NCBI GenBank assembly: GCA_045536965.1
Contig: JAZSON010000021.1
Coordinates: 26,797-90,796, forward strand
Reading direction: 5' to 3'
DNA length: 64,000 nucleotides
From: Eubacteriales bacterium
Lineage (GTDB): Bacteria > Bacillota > Clostridia > Oscillospirales > SIG627
How positions within the stretch are numbered: position 1 is the stretch's first letter; each line of letters starts with the position of its first letter. Of the stretch, positions 28,058 through 38,314 are shown piece by piece. The notes under the pieces were generated by a model that saw only the letters and a list, made by a program, of their open reading frames with translations, did not search any database and was not told the DNA's origin. Position numbers and translations under genes: made by a program.

Positions 28058-28911
28058 GTTTTGCAAAATTCGGTCCCGCCGGAAATTCAACGGCATTTTA
28101 TGATGACGGCAACCGCGCATCTTCTCAGGCACCCGCTTGGATCAAAGCACAAGGTCTTGATCTCTATGAATACCAATGCGGTAAAGGGGTTGCGCTTTCA
28201 GAAGAAAGTTGCCGCATTCTCGGAGAAGAAGCTCGAAAACACGGCATCTCTCTTTCTCTCCACGCGCCCTACTTTATATCTCTTTCCGGTATTGATCCCG
28301 AAAAAAGACTCAAAAGCGTCAACTATATTCTCCAAAGCTTGCGTGCCGCTTCTGCCATGGGCGCCAATCTGATCGTGGTGCATACGGGCAGCGCTGCCAA
28401 AATCAGCCGCGAAGAGGCTATGAAACTGGCGGCTGATACCGTATATCTCGCTTGCAATGCAGCGGCGGCAGAAAATCTTTCCCACATTGCCATCGGCCTT
28501 GAAACCATGGGGAAAGTCAACCAGCTTGGAACATTGGATGAGGTTCTTACACTTTGTAAAATCGACTCATCTCTTCGTCCCGTAGTGGATTTCGGGCATC
28601 TCAACGCAAGAGATCACGGAAATATTAAATCAGAAGAGGATTTCGAACGCATATTCGATAAAATCGCGAATACATTATCTTATGAATATGCCAGAAATCT
28701 TCATGTTCATTTTTCAAAAATTGAATACTCGGCAGGAGGCGAAGTCAAGCATTTAACCTTTGAGGATGATACTTTCGGCCCCTCCCCCGCACAATTTGCC
28801 GCTGTAATTGCTCGAAACAAACTGACACCAAATGTAATTTGTGAGTCAGCGGGAACCATGGCAAAGGATGCAAAATATATCAAAGATCTCTATGGGAGTT
28901 TTCATGAATAA
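28054..28911 (+). CDS. Endonuclease IV-like TIM-barrel protein
   Basis: FGPAG, SLHAPYFISL, VVHTG, ETMGKVNQLG, DFGH, HVHFSKIEY..GE.KH. Confidence 0.85.
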   Translation: MSFAKFGPAGNSTAFYDDGNRASSQAPAWIKAQGLDLYEYQCGKGVALSEESCRILGEEARKHGISLSLHAPYFISLSGIDPEKRLKSVNYILQSLRAASAMGANLIVVHTGSAAKISREEAMKLAADTVYLACNAAAAENLSHIAIGLETMGKVNQLGTLDEVLTLCKIDSSLRPVVDFGHLNARDHGNIKSEEDFERIFDKIANTLSYEYARNLHVHFSKIEYSAGGEVKHLTFEDDTFGPSPAQFAAVIARNKLTPNVICESAGTMAKDAKYIKDLYGSFHE

Positions 28912-29986
28912 CATCGAACGATTTCGAAAACAATATCCGATAGATACGCATGAAGCCGTTATCATCACATCGGATATAAACAGGGAATATCTCAGCGCTT
29001 TCAGATCCAGCGCCGGCATACTGGCATTATTTTCCGACACCGCCGCTTTGATTCTCGATTTTCGCTACTTTGAAATGGCGCAAAACAAACAACACGATGG
29101 TATCATCCCTGCGGATATAACGATTTTTCCTACTAAAATTTCAGATAAGCCGACACTTTTGTATCTGTTTGAAGAGAAGAAAATTTCATCCTACCGCATC
29201 GAAGATTACGCTCTGACCTGCCATGAATCCGAGATATGGAAGAAAAGATACACCGATCAAAAACAGACGTTTCTTGCAGATGCAGTCGAGGTTTTAAGAC
29301 AGGTAAAAACAAAAGAAGAAGTTGAAAAAATACGTGCAGCCCAAAAAATCACCGATGACGCTTTTAGTTATATTTTGGGTATTCTTTCACCTTGCATGAC
29401 CGAGCGAGATGTTGCGCTGGAACTGGAATTTTTTATGAAAAAACAGGGGGCTGAAGCACTTTCTTTTGAAATCATCGCAGTTTCAGGCAAAAATTCTTCC
29501 CTACCGCACGGAAAACCTCAAGATGTTCTTTTAACAAAAAACGGTTTTTTGACGATGGATTTCGGTGCAAAACTGGATGGATACTGTGCTGATATGACAC
29601 GCACGGTTGTTATCGGAAAAGCCGATGAAGAGATGAAGAGAATTTATAACACCGTACTTTCCGCACAAGAGGCAGCATTCCAAGCAATTCACGGCGGAGT
29701 AGTGGGCAGCGACGTAGATTTGGCAGCAAGAAATGTCATAGACAATGCAGGCTATAAAGGGTGTTTTGGTCACAGTTTAGGTCATTCTCTCGGTATGGAG
29801 GTTCATGAGTCCCCCAACTTTTCTCCGAATGAACAAAGAAAAATACCCGTCGGCGCCGTATTAAGTGTCGAACCCGGCATCTATGTCAGTGATTTTGGTG
29901 GCGTTCGCATTGAAGATCTTGTTTATATCACCGAAAATGGATTTGAAAATTTGACAAAATCGTCCAAAAAATTGATAGAAATATAA
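28904..29986 (+). CDS. Xaa-Pro aminopeptidase (M24)
   Basis: SLPHG, DFGA..GYCADMTRT, HSLGHSLG.EVHE, SVEPGIY, GVRIED; upstream of efp. Confidence 0.93.
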   Translation: MNNIERFRKQYPIDTHEAVIITSDINREYLSAFRSSAGILALFSDTAALILDFRYFEMAQNKQHDGIIPADITIFPTKISDKPTLLYLFEEKKISSYRIEDYALTCHESEIWKKRYTDQKQTFLADAVEVLRQVKTKEEVEKIRAAQKITDDAFSYILGILSPCMTERDVALELEFFMKKQGAEALSFEIIAVSGKNSSLPHGKPQDVLLTKNGFLTMDFGAKLDGYCADMTRTVVIGKADEEMKRIYNTVLSAQEAAFQAIHGGVVGSDVDLAARNVIDNAGYKGCFGHSLGHSLGMEVHESPNFSPNEQRKIPVGAVLSVEPGIYVSDFGGVRIEDLVYITENGFENLTKSSKKLIEI

Positions 29987-30016
29987 CAAAATACGCATAT
30001 TTTTTCATTTTCTCTC

Positions 30017-30045
30017 TTGTATTCACCGCTCAATTATGATATAAT
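30017..30045 (+). promoter_or_regulatory. SigA promoter of efp
   Basis: TTGTAT-17-TATAAT with extended TGn. Confidence 0.65.
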
Positions 30046-30086
30046 TATCCAAGAATACTATAGTTTTGTTATTTTTGGAGGTTACT

Positions 30087-30644
30087 ATGATTTCAGCAGG
30101 TGAATTTAGAAACGGTGTTACTTTTGAAATGGACGGCAACGTCATGCAGATCGTTGAATTCCAGCATGTTAAACCCGGCAAAGGTGCCGCTTTCGTTAGA
30201 ACCAAACTCAGAAATGTTATCTCCGGTGCAGTGATTGAAAAATCTTTCAGCCCCACCGAAAAGTTCCCCCCCGCACACATCGAACGCAAAGATATGCAGT
30301 ATCTTTACAATGATGGTACTCTTTATTATTTCATGGACATGGAATCTTTTGACCAAATGCCCATCAGCCAAGACAAACTTGATGACAACTTCAAGTTTGT
30401 GAAAGAAAACATGATGGTTCGTATTTGCTCCTTTAAAGGCAATGTATTTGCAGTTGAACCCCCCATGTTTGTTGAGCTGGAAGTAACCGAAACTGAACCC
30501 GGTTTTAAAGGCGATACCGCCACCGGCGCTTCCAAACCCTGTACCCTCGAAACCGGCGCACAAATCAAAGTTCCTTTATTCATCAACGAAGGTGATGTTT
30601 TGAAGATTGATACCAGAACCGGTGAGTATCTCGAAAGAGTTTAA
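30087..30644 (+). CDS. efp: Elongation factor P
   Basis: [42 protein letters not shown]. Confidence 0.98.
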   Translation: MISAGEFRNGVTFEMDGNVMQIVEFQHVKPGKGAAFVRTKLRNVISGAVIEKSFSPTEKFPPAHIERKDMQYLYNDGTLYYFMDMESFDQMPISQDKLDDNFKFVKENMMVRICSFKGNVFAVEPPMFVELEVTETEPGFKGDTATGASKPCTLETGAQIKVPLFINEGDVLKIDTRTGEYLERV

Positions 30645-30664
30645 GAATTAGGAGGAATATAACT

Positions 30665-30976
30665 ATGACCATTGGTGAAAAAGTTGCCCATCTTAAAGGT
30701 TTGATGGAAGGATTGAACATCGGTGAAGCTACCCCCGAAGCCAAAATCCTTACCAAAATCGCTGATATTTTGGAAGAAATTGCTTTGGCAGTAGAAGATC
30801 TTGATGATGAAACCGCCACCATCAATGAATATCTTGAACAGATTGATGAAGACCTCGGCGCAGTTGAAGAAGAAATCTTCGGCGAGTGCGATTGTGATTG
30901 CGATTGCGACGATGATTGCTGTGATTGTGGTTGTGACTGCGGTTGCGAAGAAGAGGAAAACGAAGAAGAAGAATAA
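30665..30976 (+). CDS. CD1247 N-terminal-domain protein with Cys/Asp-rich tail
   Basis: EKVAHLKGLMEGL...IDEDL..VE pattern, position after efp; tail CDCDCDCDDDCCDCGCDCGC. Confidence 0.75.
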   Translation: MTIGEKVAHLKGLMEGLNIGEATPEAKILTKIADILEEIALAVEDLDDETATINEYLEQIDEDLGAVEEEIFGECDCDCDCDDDCCDCGCDCGCEEEENEEEE

Positions 30977-30982
30977 TTTTCA

Positions 30983-31051
30983 AGGCCGCCCTTTGGGCGG
31001 CCTACATTTTATTTAGAATAAAACTCCTTCCGATCACGGAAGGAGTTTTAT
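30983..31051. terminator. Two adjacent hairpins between convergent genes
   Basis: AGGCCGCCC-ttt-GGGCGGCCT (30983-31003) and ATAAAACTCCTTCCG-atca-CGGAAGGAGTTTTAT (31018-31051). Confidence 0.75.
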
Positions 31052-31052
31052 A

Positions 31053-31697
31053 TTACGATGCAGAAGGTGTATACTCAATCAGCGCCTGAAAAAGTTTCCT
31101 ATGCGTCTCGTAGGTATCACGATTCGGTAGATTTCTTAAACACACCAGGGTTGTTTTTGGCAAAGATTTGAAACCCTCGGCCTTATAAAGATCAAGCTGA
31201 GAAATCGATATGGCACAGTCATCGTATGCGCCCTCAGGAACATAACCAAGCGAATCGGCAAAAGTAACGACTTGGTCTTTTTCACGCATAGATTGATAGA
31301 CATAGGTATCAACAAAATATATCATGGTATCCCCTGCGGCCACTTCCAATTGGAAGCGCTGCATTGTTTCGGTGTGCTTAGAGGCATCTAAAACCTGACT
31401 ATCGCCATATAGTTCGAGCGGCGCAAGCTGCAGGGAAAGAAACCCGATTTTCTTCACACCATCTTGATTGGTGTCATCAATCAAAGGGGTTACGATTTCA
31501 TTAATATCGGCAAGATCCTGACCTGCAACCAAACCGTATCCCGCATAAGTGATATGGACATCGGGATCATCTTTACTTAAAAGCTGTACAGAGCAAACTA
31601 TCACAACAAATATCACAAAAGCAACAATTAAAGTAGTAGCCTTATAGTGATACCAATAATTTTCCCACCATTGTCTGAAGGTCATTTTTTCATTCAT
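31053..31697 (-). CDS. Single-TM conserved clostridial hypothetical protein (WWENYWYHYK type)
   Basis: Aromatic N-terminal motif followed by TM and soluble domain containing DDTNQDG; GAGGAG RBS. Confidence 0.65.
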   Translation of the reverse strand: MNEKMTFRQWWENYWYHYKATTLIVAFVIFVVIVCSVQLLSKDDPDVHITYAGYGLVAGQDLADINEIVTPLIDDTNQDGVKKIGFLSLQLAPLELYGDSQVLDASKHTETMQRFQLEVAAGDTMIYFVDTYVYQSMREKDQVVTFADSLGYVPEGAYDDCAISISQLDLYKAEGFKSLPKTTLVCLRNLPNRDTYETHRKLFQALIEYTPSAS

Positions 31698-31793
31698 ATC
31701 TAAACTCCTCTGAGACTTACATCTGATTTCTATAAATTTTAGCATATATATGCAAAAACATCAATACCAAACCGCTTGTTACAAAAAATGGCG

Positions 31794-31822
31794 TTGTAAA
31801 AACAAGAAATATCTGTTATAAT
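31794..31822 (+). promoter_or_regulatory. SigA promoter of glycerate kinase gene
   Basis: TTGTAA-17-TATAAT with extended TGn. Confidence 0.6.
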
Positions 31823-31853
31823 ATGGATATAAACTTTAGGATTGGTGCTGTTT

Positions 31854-32987
31854 ATGAAGAAAATCATTGTCGCGGTTGACTCATACAAAGGCAGTATGTC
31901 AAGCACAGAAGCGTGCAACACTGCAAAAGAAGTCATATTAGAATATTTTCCGAATTGTGAATGTATATGTGTCCCCGTAGCCGATGGCGGCGAAGGTACT
32001 TTAGAAGCTTATGAGACTGTTCTCGGAGGGCAACGTGTATCTCTTTCGGTGAACGGCCCGGACTTCCGCCCTGTTGATGCCGAATATCTTATTTTACCAA
32101 GCGGAACTGCTGTTATAGAAATGGCAATCGCTTCGGGTCTGCCTCTTGTAGAAAACCGGAAAAATGCCGGCATGATGACTTCATACGGAACAGGCGAACT
32201 GATATTTGATGCACTGGAACGCGGTTGTAAGCATATTTTGCTCGGTTTGGGCGGTTCTGCTACCAACGACGGTGGTGTCGGTGTGTTATCGGCTTTGGGT
32301 GTGCGTTTTATGGATAAAGACGGCAAATCAATCCGTCCCTGCGGATTCGACCTGGAAAGGCTGGATAGAATCGATGCCTCCGATTTGGACAAACGTCTTG
32401 AATCCTGCAAAATTACAGTAGCTTGCGACGTTCAAAACCCACTTTGCGGAGAAAATGGCGCATCACATATCTTCGGCCCCCAAAAAGGCGCAACACCCGA
32501 GGATGTTTTGCGATTAGACCGCAATCTTCGCAAGTTCGCGGATGCTATAAAAATCAACTGCGGCAAGGATATACTCACATTGGTCGGCGGCGGCGCCGCA
32601 GGCGGTATTGCCGCAGGTATTTCCGCCTACCTCAACACATCGCTCTGTTCGGGTATCCAGCTTCTGTTGGATACCATTGCATTTGATACATTGCTCGATG
32701 GCGCTGACCTCGTCATCACGGGCGAAGGCAAGATTGATGGACAAAGCGCGGGCGGTAAGGTTATATCCGGCATCAGCCGCTTCACAAAAAAACATAAAAC
32801 CCCGTTAATCGCCGTAGTCGGTGACATCGGTGACGATTATAAAAGCATTTACGCCTGCGGCGTGGATGCGGTATTTAGCATCAACCATCTCGCACGTCCC
32901 TTTTCGGAAGTCCGCCATCGATCAAAAGCGGACTTTGCCGATACTTTGGCCAATATTTTACGTTTTTATAAAGCACTTAAAAAGTAA
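31854..32987 (+). CDS. glxK: Glycerate kinase (GlxK family)
   Basis: DSYKGS, PVADGGEGT, GLGGSATNDGG, FGPQKGA, GAAGG, VITGEG..D.QS..GK. Confidence 0.94.
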   Translation: MKKIIVAVDSYKGSMSSTEACNTAKEVILEYFPNCECICVPVADGGEGTLEAYETVLGGQRVSLSVNGPDFRPVDAEYLILPSGTAVIEMAIASGLPLVENRKNAGMMTSYGTGELIFDALERGCKHILLGLGGSATNDGGVGVLSALGVRFMDKDGKSIRPCGFDLERLDRIDASDLDKRLESCKITVACDVQNPLCGENGASHIFGPQKGATPEDVLRLDRNLRKFADAIKINCGKDILTLVGGGAAGGIAAGISAYLNTSLCSGIQLLLDTIAFDTLLDGADLVITGEGKIDGQSAGGKVISGISRFTKKHKTPLIAVVGDIGDDYKSIYACGVDAVFSINHLARPFSEVRHRSKADFADTLANILRFYKALKK

Positions 32988-34056
32988 GTCGATACACTGC
33001 TGAAAAATTATTACCTTTTTCATCACTGCCCGTTACCAAGATAACACAACGATGGAGAAATTGCACGGTATCTATTTGCAGTTTACTATGGGTATGCAAG
33101 GTTTCCCATTGGCCGTTTTGCAAATTCAAAAGGATTACACTATCACCGCTTTTGTAAGATAGATAGTTGTGTTCGGGTGAAACCGCCAAGACATCGGGAT
33201 TTGTGTCAATGAACGCATGGGGCAACACTGTTTCTTCTTCGTCTGATAGCTTGATAAGAAATGTTTTGCTGTCTTTTTCTCTGAAGATATAAGAAACAGA
33301 AAATATTTCTTCATCTACATCCCGTGACGAGGCTTGGTATTCCCCGCTGGACGCATCACAAATGAAATAATTCTTTTCATCCCCCTGTTTTTCACGCGTC
33401 ACCATAGTGAAAGCAAAATAGCGGTCATTTAACCAACCGACAAAATTAACCGACAACGGGTTGTGCGCCGATAAATTTACGGTCAATACATCGTTTACAA
33501 AAGCGATCTCTTCTTTTTGTTTGTCTCGTTTTACAATACAAAATGAATTATTTTTAAATTCAACAAAATATGTTCCCCGTGTCGAAAGCGGCAAAAGCCC
33601 CGTTGCATATTCATCCGAAACGGCTGATATTCCCTCAAATAACGGTGTATAATTTTTGTTTTTAAATGAATAGATAAATTTTTTACCATTTTCATCTACA
33701 TATAAGCATGTATTTGGGGTATTGGCTGTATTTAGGCCGCAATACGCATCATCGGTACAAAAGAGTGTTTCATTTACATACGCCCCCCTGGTTTCACGAC
33801 CATCTGCCAATTTAACGGTTTGGATGGGATATTCCGCGGTATGCCCCGATTTTTCGTCATAAATACGAATGCATTGTCCATCTTCACGCAGCAATAATCC
33901 ACCGAAAACACGATAAGTGCCTTCGAATACCTCCACCTCGTACACAGGATGGCTTTTGAAGATTTTAATAACCGTCCAAAGTCCGATGATCAAAACGAAG
34001 GTCAATACAAACAGTCCGATCGGGATCATTATACCCTTAAAATTTCTTTTACTCAT
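32977..34056 (-). CDS. Membrane-anchored hypothetical protein, beta-rich (possibly propeller-like)
   Basis: GGAGG RBS; N-terminal TM; beta-strand-rich ectodomain (AVSPEHNYL, LLNLQNG). Confidence 0.55.
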   Translation of the reverse strand: MSKRNFKGIMIPIGLFVLTFVLIIGLWTVIKIFKSHPVYEVEVFEGTYRVFGGLLLREDGQCIRIYDEKSGHTAEYPIQTVKLADGRETRGAYVNETLFCTDDAYCGLNTANTPNTCLYVDENGKKFIYSFKNKNYTPLFEGISAVSDEYATGLLPLSTRGTYFVEFKNNSFCIVKRDKQKEEIAFVNDVLTVNLSAHNPLSVNFVGWLNDRYFAFTMVTREKQGDEKNYFICDASSGEYQASSRDVDEEIFSVSYIFREKDSKTFLIKLSDEEETVLPHAFIDTNPDVLAVSPEHNYLSYKSGDSVILLNLQNGQWETLHTHSKLQIDTVQFLHRCVILVTGSDEKGNNFSAVYRLTF

Positions 34057-34132
34057 ACTTCCTCCGTGGTATTTTCGATGTTTCATTTTAACATATAATT
34101 ATAGATTGTGCAATAAGAAAGGCGGTTTTGAT

Positions 34133-35065
34133 ATGGCAGAAAAACGTTTTATGGTTTTAGGAAACGCAGGTGTTTCCTTAACATGTACAAGCGAAGGCAA
34201 TACAATTTCGGGTCAGACACACATTGTGCGTCACCCTTATCAATTTGAACCAACCGGTTTGGGAGCCATGACTGCAATTGCCGCCGCCAAGCTTGGCGCA
34301 GATGCCGTGCTGGCCACTCGTTTGGGAAAAGACTTTTTTGGCCGCTATCTTTTGGATGTTTTTACACACAATCGCATCGATACGCGCGCCATAAAAATCG
34401 ATGATACCCATGAAACCTCACTGACCGTATCATTTAAACAAACCTCGGGTAAAGTCACGTCATTATATCACCCCGGTGCAAACAGCGGCATATCTTCTGC
34501 CGATGCCGAAGACGCTTTTCTGTCCTACCCCGACGCGCTGTTGATTCACATGGATTGTAATGAACATACACTCAAATCTGCCGTCGACTTCGCAAACCAA
34601 CATTCCATTCCGATTTTCTGTGAACCCTCCCCTGCTAAGGCGTCATTACAGTTGATACATTCCCCCGAAATACTCACCCCAAGCGAAGATCAGGTGCTTG
34701 CATTCACGGGAATTTATCCCGATTCTGTGGACAATATGTTGGCCGCCGCCGACCAATTATATCGCGCAACCAACGCAAAATATGTTGTCATCCGCTTACA
34801 GCGCCGCGGTTCCTTTATTTATGACGGTAAGTATCACGAAATCATTTCCAATTGCGATCTCCCCTGCTTGGATACACGCGGATACGAAAACGCATATTTA
34901 GCCGCAATATCCCTCTTTTATATTTCCACAAAAGATATAAAAAAATCGGTGCGTTTTGCAAACACCGTCGGTGCTATTGTTGAGAGTAAAAGCGGCGGAT
35001 ATGCCTCCCTCCCTGATTTAGCCACCGTCACGGATGTGATGCAAAAAAACAACATTTCCTTGTAA
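34133..35065 (+). CDS. PfkB/ribokinase-fold protein lacking catalytic motifs
   Basis: AIAAAKLG, LGKDFFG, PGAN, EPSPA, VVIRL..RGS, FAN..GA..V...GG..S.P; GAGD motif absent. Confidence 0.78.
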   Translation: MAEKRFMVLGNAGVSLTCTSEGNTISGQTHIVRHPYQFEPTGLGAMTAIAAAKLGADAVLATRLGKDFFGRYLLDVFTHNRIDTRAIKIDDTHETSLTVSFKQTSGKVTSLYHPGANSGISSADAEDAFLSYPDALLIHMDCNEHTLKSAVDFANQHSIPIFCEPSPAKASLQLIHSPEILTPSEDQVLAFTGIYPDSVDNMLAAADQLYRATNAKYVVIRLQRRGSFIYDGKYHEIISNCDLPCLDTRGYENAYLAAISLFYISTKDIKKSVRFANTVGAIVESKSGGYASLPDLATVTDVMQKNNISL

Positions 35066-35148
35066 ATCAAGATAAACTTGACATTTCTTCACTCGCTTAT
35101 CACATAAATACTGTATGCTACTGTCAATAGAATTGAAAGGATGTTTAC

Positions 35149-35820
35149 ATGTACGAAATACTTGTTTGCGACGATGAAAGCGGAATCCGCTCCATTATAA
35201 AAAAATATGCCGAATTCGAAGGATTTTCGGTGACTGAAGCCCAAGACGGCATGCAGGCAGTTGCCATCTGTCGCCAAAAGAATTTCGATCTGATCATCAT
35301 GGATATCATGATGCCCGAATTGGATGGATTTTCTGCTTGCCGCGAGATCAGAAAAACAAGCAGTGTGCCAATCATTATGCTTTCGGCGCGTGGTGAAGAA
35401 TATGATAAAATCAACGGGTTTGAAGTCGGTATCGATGACTACGTTGTAAAACCCTTTTCTCCCAAAGAATTGATGCTCCGTGTACACGCGGTTATACGAC
35501 GTGTTCATGGGGCGCAAAAGAAAAAAACCGACGCAGTTTCTTTTGAAGGTTTATCCATCGATTTTACAGCGCGACTTGTTTTTATCAATGGCAAACGAAT
35601 TGATATGTCCCCCAAGGAATACGATCTTTTATTCTATATGGTAAGAAACCGCAACATCGCCCTCACTCGCGAAAAACTCATTTCGGATGTTTGGGGATAT
35701 GATTTTTACGGCGATGATCGTACACTGGACACTCATATCAAATTATTGCGCAAAACACTGGGCGAATACAGTAAATTTATTGTTACACTTCGAGGGGTAG
35801 GTTACCGTTTTGAAGCTTAA
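35149..35820 (+). CDS. OmpR-family response regulator
   Basis: ILVCDDE, MDIMMPELDG, DDYVVKPF, winged-helix LRGVGYRF. Confidence 0.95.
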   Translation: MYEILVCDDESGIRSIIKKYAEFEGFSVTEAQDGMQAVAICRQKNFDLIIMDIMMPELDGFSACREIRKTSSVPIIMLSARGEEYDKINGFEVGIDDYVVKPFSPKELMLRVHAVIRRVHGAQKKKTDAVSFEGLSIDFTARLVFINGKRIDMSPKEYDLLFYMVRNRNIALTREKLISDVWGYDFYGDDRTLDTHIKLLRKTLGEYSKFIVTLRGVGYRFEA

Positions 35821-37294
35821 ATGGTCTAAAAATTGGAGTATACGTTGGCGTTTCTTTTTCGCACTGGAAGGGTTTACGATTTTCGTCTTTATGCTTCTTT
35901 GGCTTTTTCAGGTTATTTTTCTTGAATCCATTTATACGCGCATCAAAATCGGTGAAATTGAGGATTGCGCAGAAAACCTTCCCACACAATCCTTGCAAGC
36001 CTTGCAAAGCCAACTGGTTGAATATACCTATGATAAACAGATTTGCGGTGTTATTTACTCTCCTCCTCTCTTAGATGAGATTTATGCATCGCATACCGAT
36101 TCTTTGTGCTCCCTCACGCTCATTCGACACAGCCGTTTAACAGAAATCTATCAAAACACAAAAGAAAGTAAAGATTTTTATTTATTACGGTATATTTCCA
36201 ATGAAAACAGTGATCCGGACACAAAGACAGAACAAGAGACAAATGAAAACCAGGGTGATAACAGACCGCGTAAAATGTTAGACCTTGACTGTATGATTGC
36301 TTCGAAGATCGTCTCTCTTGAAAACGGAGAATCTTATTTGGTGGTTCTTGATTCAGTTTTGACGCCTGTTTCTTCCACCATCGACACCATTATCAACGAA
36401 TATCTGTTCATCTGCGTGATTCTCATCATCTTCTCTGCATTCCTTGCATTTTTAATGTCAATCCACATTACCGCCCCCATTCGAGATATTACACAAAAAG
36501 CTTGGAAACTTGCAGGGGGTCAGTATGCAGAAGATTTTACCCCAAAACACAGTTTTGGCGAATTGGATGAGTTGGCAGACACCTTAAATTTCCTTGCAAA
36601 TGAACTGAAAAGAACAGAAACTCTCCGCAGAGAACTGATTGCCAATGTCTCTCACGACTTGAAAACACCCTTGACACTTATTTCGGGATATAGCGAGGTT
36701 ATGCGCGATCTACCGGGTGAAAACACCCCCGAAAATCTACAAATCATCATCGATGAAACCGATCGTTTGACTTTGCTTGTGAATGATTTGCTGGATATAT
36801 CGAAATTAGAAAGTGGCATTATATCGCTGCAAAAAACACGTTTTTCTATCACTGCCTTGGTCGATGAGATACTGGAACGATATGCAAAACTCAAGGAACA
36901 GGATGGTTATAAAATCCACTTTGACAGAACGTGTGAAGTTTATGTATATGCCGACCGCCTGAAAATAAGCCAAGTTATTTACAACTTAGTTAACAACGCC
37001 ATTAATTATACGGGCGAAAGCAAAGAGGTTTGGATCCGTCAGTTGATTGTCGGCAATCAGGTGCGCATAGAGGTAGAAGATAACGGTAAGGGCATTACCA
37101 AAGAGGAAATCTCTTCCATTTGGGAAAGATATTACCGTTCGGATACCGATCATGCCCGCGCTCCTGTCGGTACAGGTTTGGGATTATCCATCACCAAAAA
37201 AATGCTGGAGCTGCACAGCGCCTCTTTCGGTGTCAACAGCACCCCCGGAGTCGGCAGTACATTTTGGTTTATGCTCCCTTTTATCCAAACGTAA
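35810..37294 (+). CDS. HAMP-domain sensor histidine kinase
   Basis: Two TMs, NVSHDLKTPL H-box, NLVNNAINY, DNGKGI, GTGLGLSI. Confidence 0.95.
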   Translation: MKLKWSKNWSIRWRFFFALEGFTIFVFMLLWLFQVIFLESIYTRIKIGEIEDCAENLPTQSLQALQSQLVEYTYDKQICGVIYSPPLLDEIYASHTDSLCSLTLIRHSRLTEIYQNTKESKDFYLLRYISNENSDPDTKTEQETNENQGDNRPRKMLDLDCMIASKIVSLENGESYLVVLDSVLTPVSSTIDTIINEYLFICVILIIFSAFLAFLMSIHITAPIRDITQKAWKLAGGQYAEDFTPKHSFGELDELADTLNFLANELKRTETLRRELIANVSHDLKTPLTLISGYSEVMRDLPGENTPENLQIIIDETDRLTLLVNDLLDISKLESGIISLQKTRFSITALVDEILERYAKLKEQDGYKIHFDRTCEVYVYADRLKISQVIYNLVNNAINYTGESKEVWIRQLIVGNQVRIEVEDNGKGITKEEISSIWERYYRSDTDHARAPVGTGLGLSITKKMLELHSASFGVNSTPGVGSTFWFMLPFIQT

Positions 37295-38180
37295 TATCCG
37301 TTTTGAAATGACCGTAACATGCGGTCATTTCTTTTTGGTATATATCGGCATTGATAAAAGCACCAAACAAAAATATAAAGCTGGCTAAATACACCCATAC
37401 CAACGTGACTATAAAAGAGGCAAGAGATCCGTAAACAAACGCATAGGAAGCAAACGTGTTGATATAAATGGAATATAAAAACGAAATCAAAAGCAGCAAA
37501 ACCGTGCAAACGGCTGCCCCCTTTTTGATCAAACGAAAACAGAGGTCAAAACCCGTTGCAAACTTATAAATGAGACAAAAAAACAAATACATCAAAAGAC
37601 CGAGCGGTAAATATCGAATCAACGCGAGTACCGGGCTATATGATTCGAGAATGAAAAAATGTTCATATAGCCTTTTTAGGAGTTCTTCTCCGAGTAATAA
37701 CAGAAGAACAAAGCCGTATATTAAAATGCATACAAAGGCAGATATTAACATAGAGAAGAGTTTACCGACGACCCAGCCAACTATACTGTTTGAGTTTTTT
37801 CGGTATTTTTTACAACCGTATAACTGGGATATTCGCATACGAACAACATGGGTTGTGCTGCTCATGGATGTCAGCGTCAGAACAATACCGAGATAGAGAT
37901 ATTTTGCACCCGAATTTTCCTGTTGGTAAGTGAAGTATTCATCGAATAAATCGACCGTATTGCGCGGTAAGAAGATATTGACAATTTGTGATATTTCACT
38001 TATATCCCCCACCAACAAGGTCAAAAGGGCGTTGATTACAATTAAAACGGGAAAAAGGGTGAGTATCAGATAATATGACAGTTCTGCAGCAGATGAAAAA
38101 ATTTGTGTGTCTAACAGACGATTATATTTTTTGACAACCACATCTAAAAGGGATACATCCTTCTTGGACACCGATATCAC
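37281..38180 (-). CDS. YihY/BrkB family membrane protein
   Basis: AAELSYY...LFP, YGSLASFIV.LVW.Y....LFGA.IN. Confidence 0.85.
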   Translation of the reverse strand: MISVSKKDVSLLDVVVKKYNRLLDTQIFSSAAELSYYLILTLFPVLIVINALLTLLVGDISEISQIVNIFLPRNTVDLFDEYFTYQQENSGAKYLYLGIVLTLTSMSSTTHVVRMRISQLYGCKKYRKNSNSIVGWVVGKLFSMLISAFVCILIYGFVLLLLLGEELLKRLYEHFFILESYSPVLALIRYLPLGLLMYLFFCLIYKFATGFDLCFRLIKKGAAVCTVLLLLISFLYSIYINTFASYAFVYGSLASFIVTLVWVYLASFIFLFGAFINADIYQKEMTACYGHFKTDITFG

Positions 38181-38242
38181 CTACAAATTCAAGTTTTATC
38201 TTACTATTCCCGCAAAATCTCTTGAATAATTTGAAAATCTTA

Positions 38243-38271
38243 TTGCAATATATGGAAAAATAGGATATAAT
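38243..38271 (+). promoter_or_regulatory. SigA promoter of yajC
   Basis: TTGCAA-17-TATAAT. Confidence 0.65.
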
Positions 38272-38314
38272 ATGTGAGAATAGATTAAGTTATAGAGAAG
38301 GAGGTTGTTGATAA

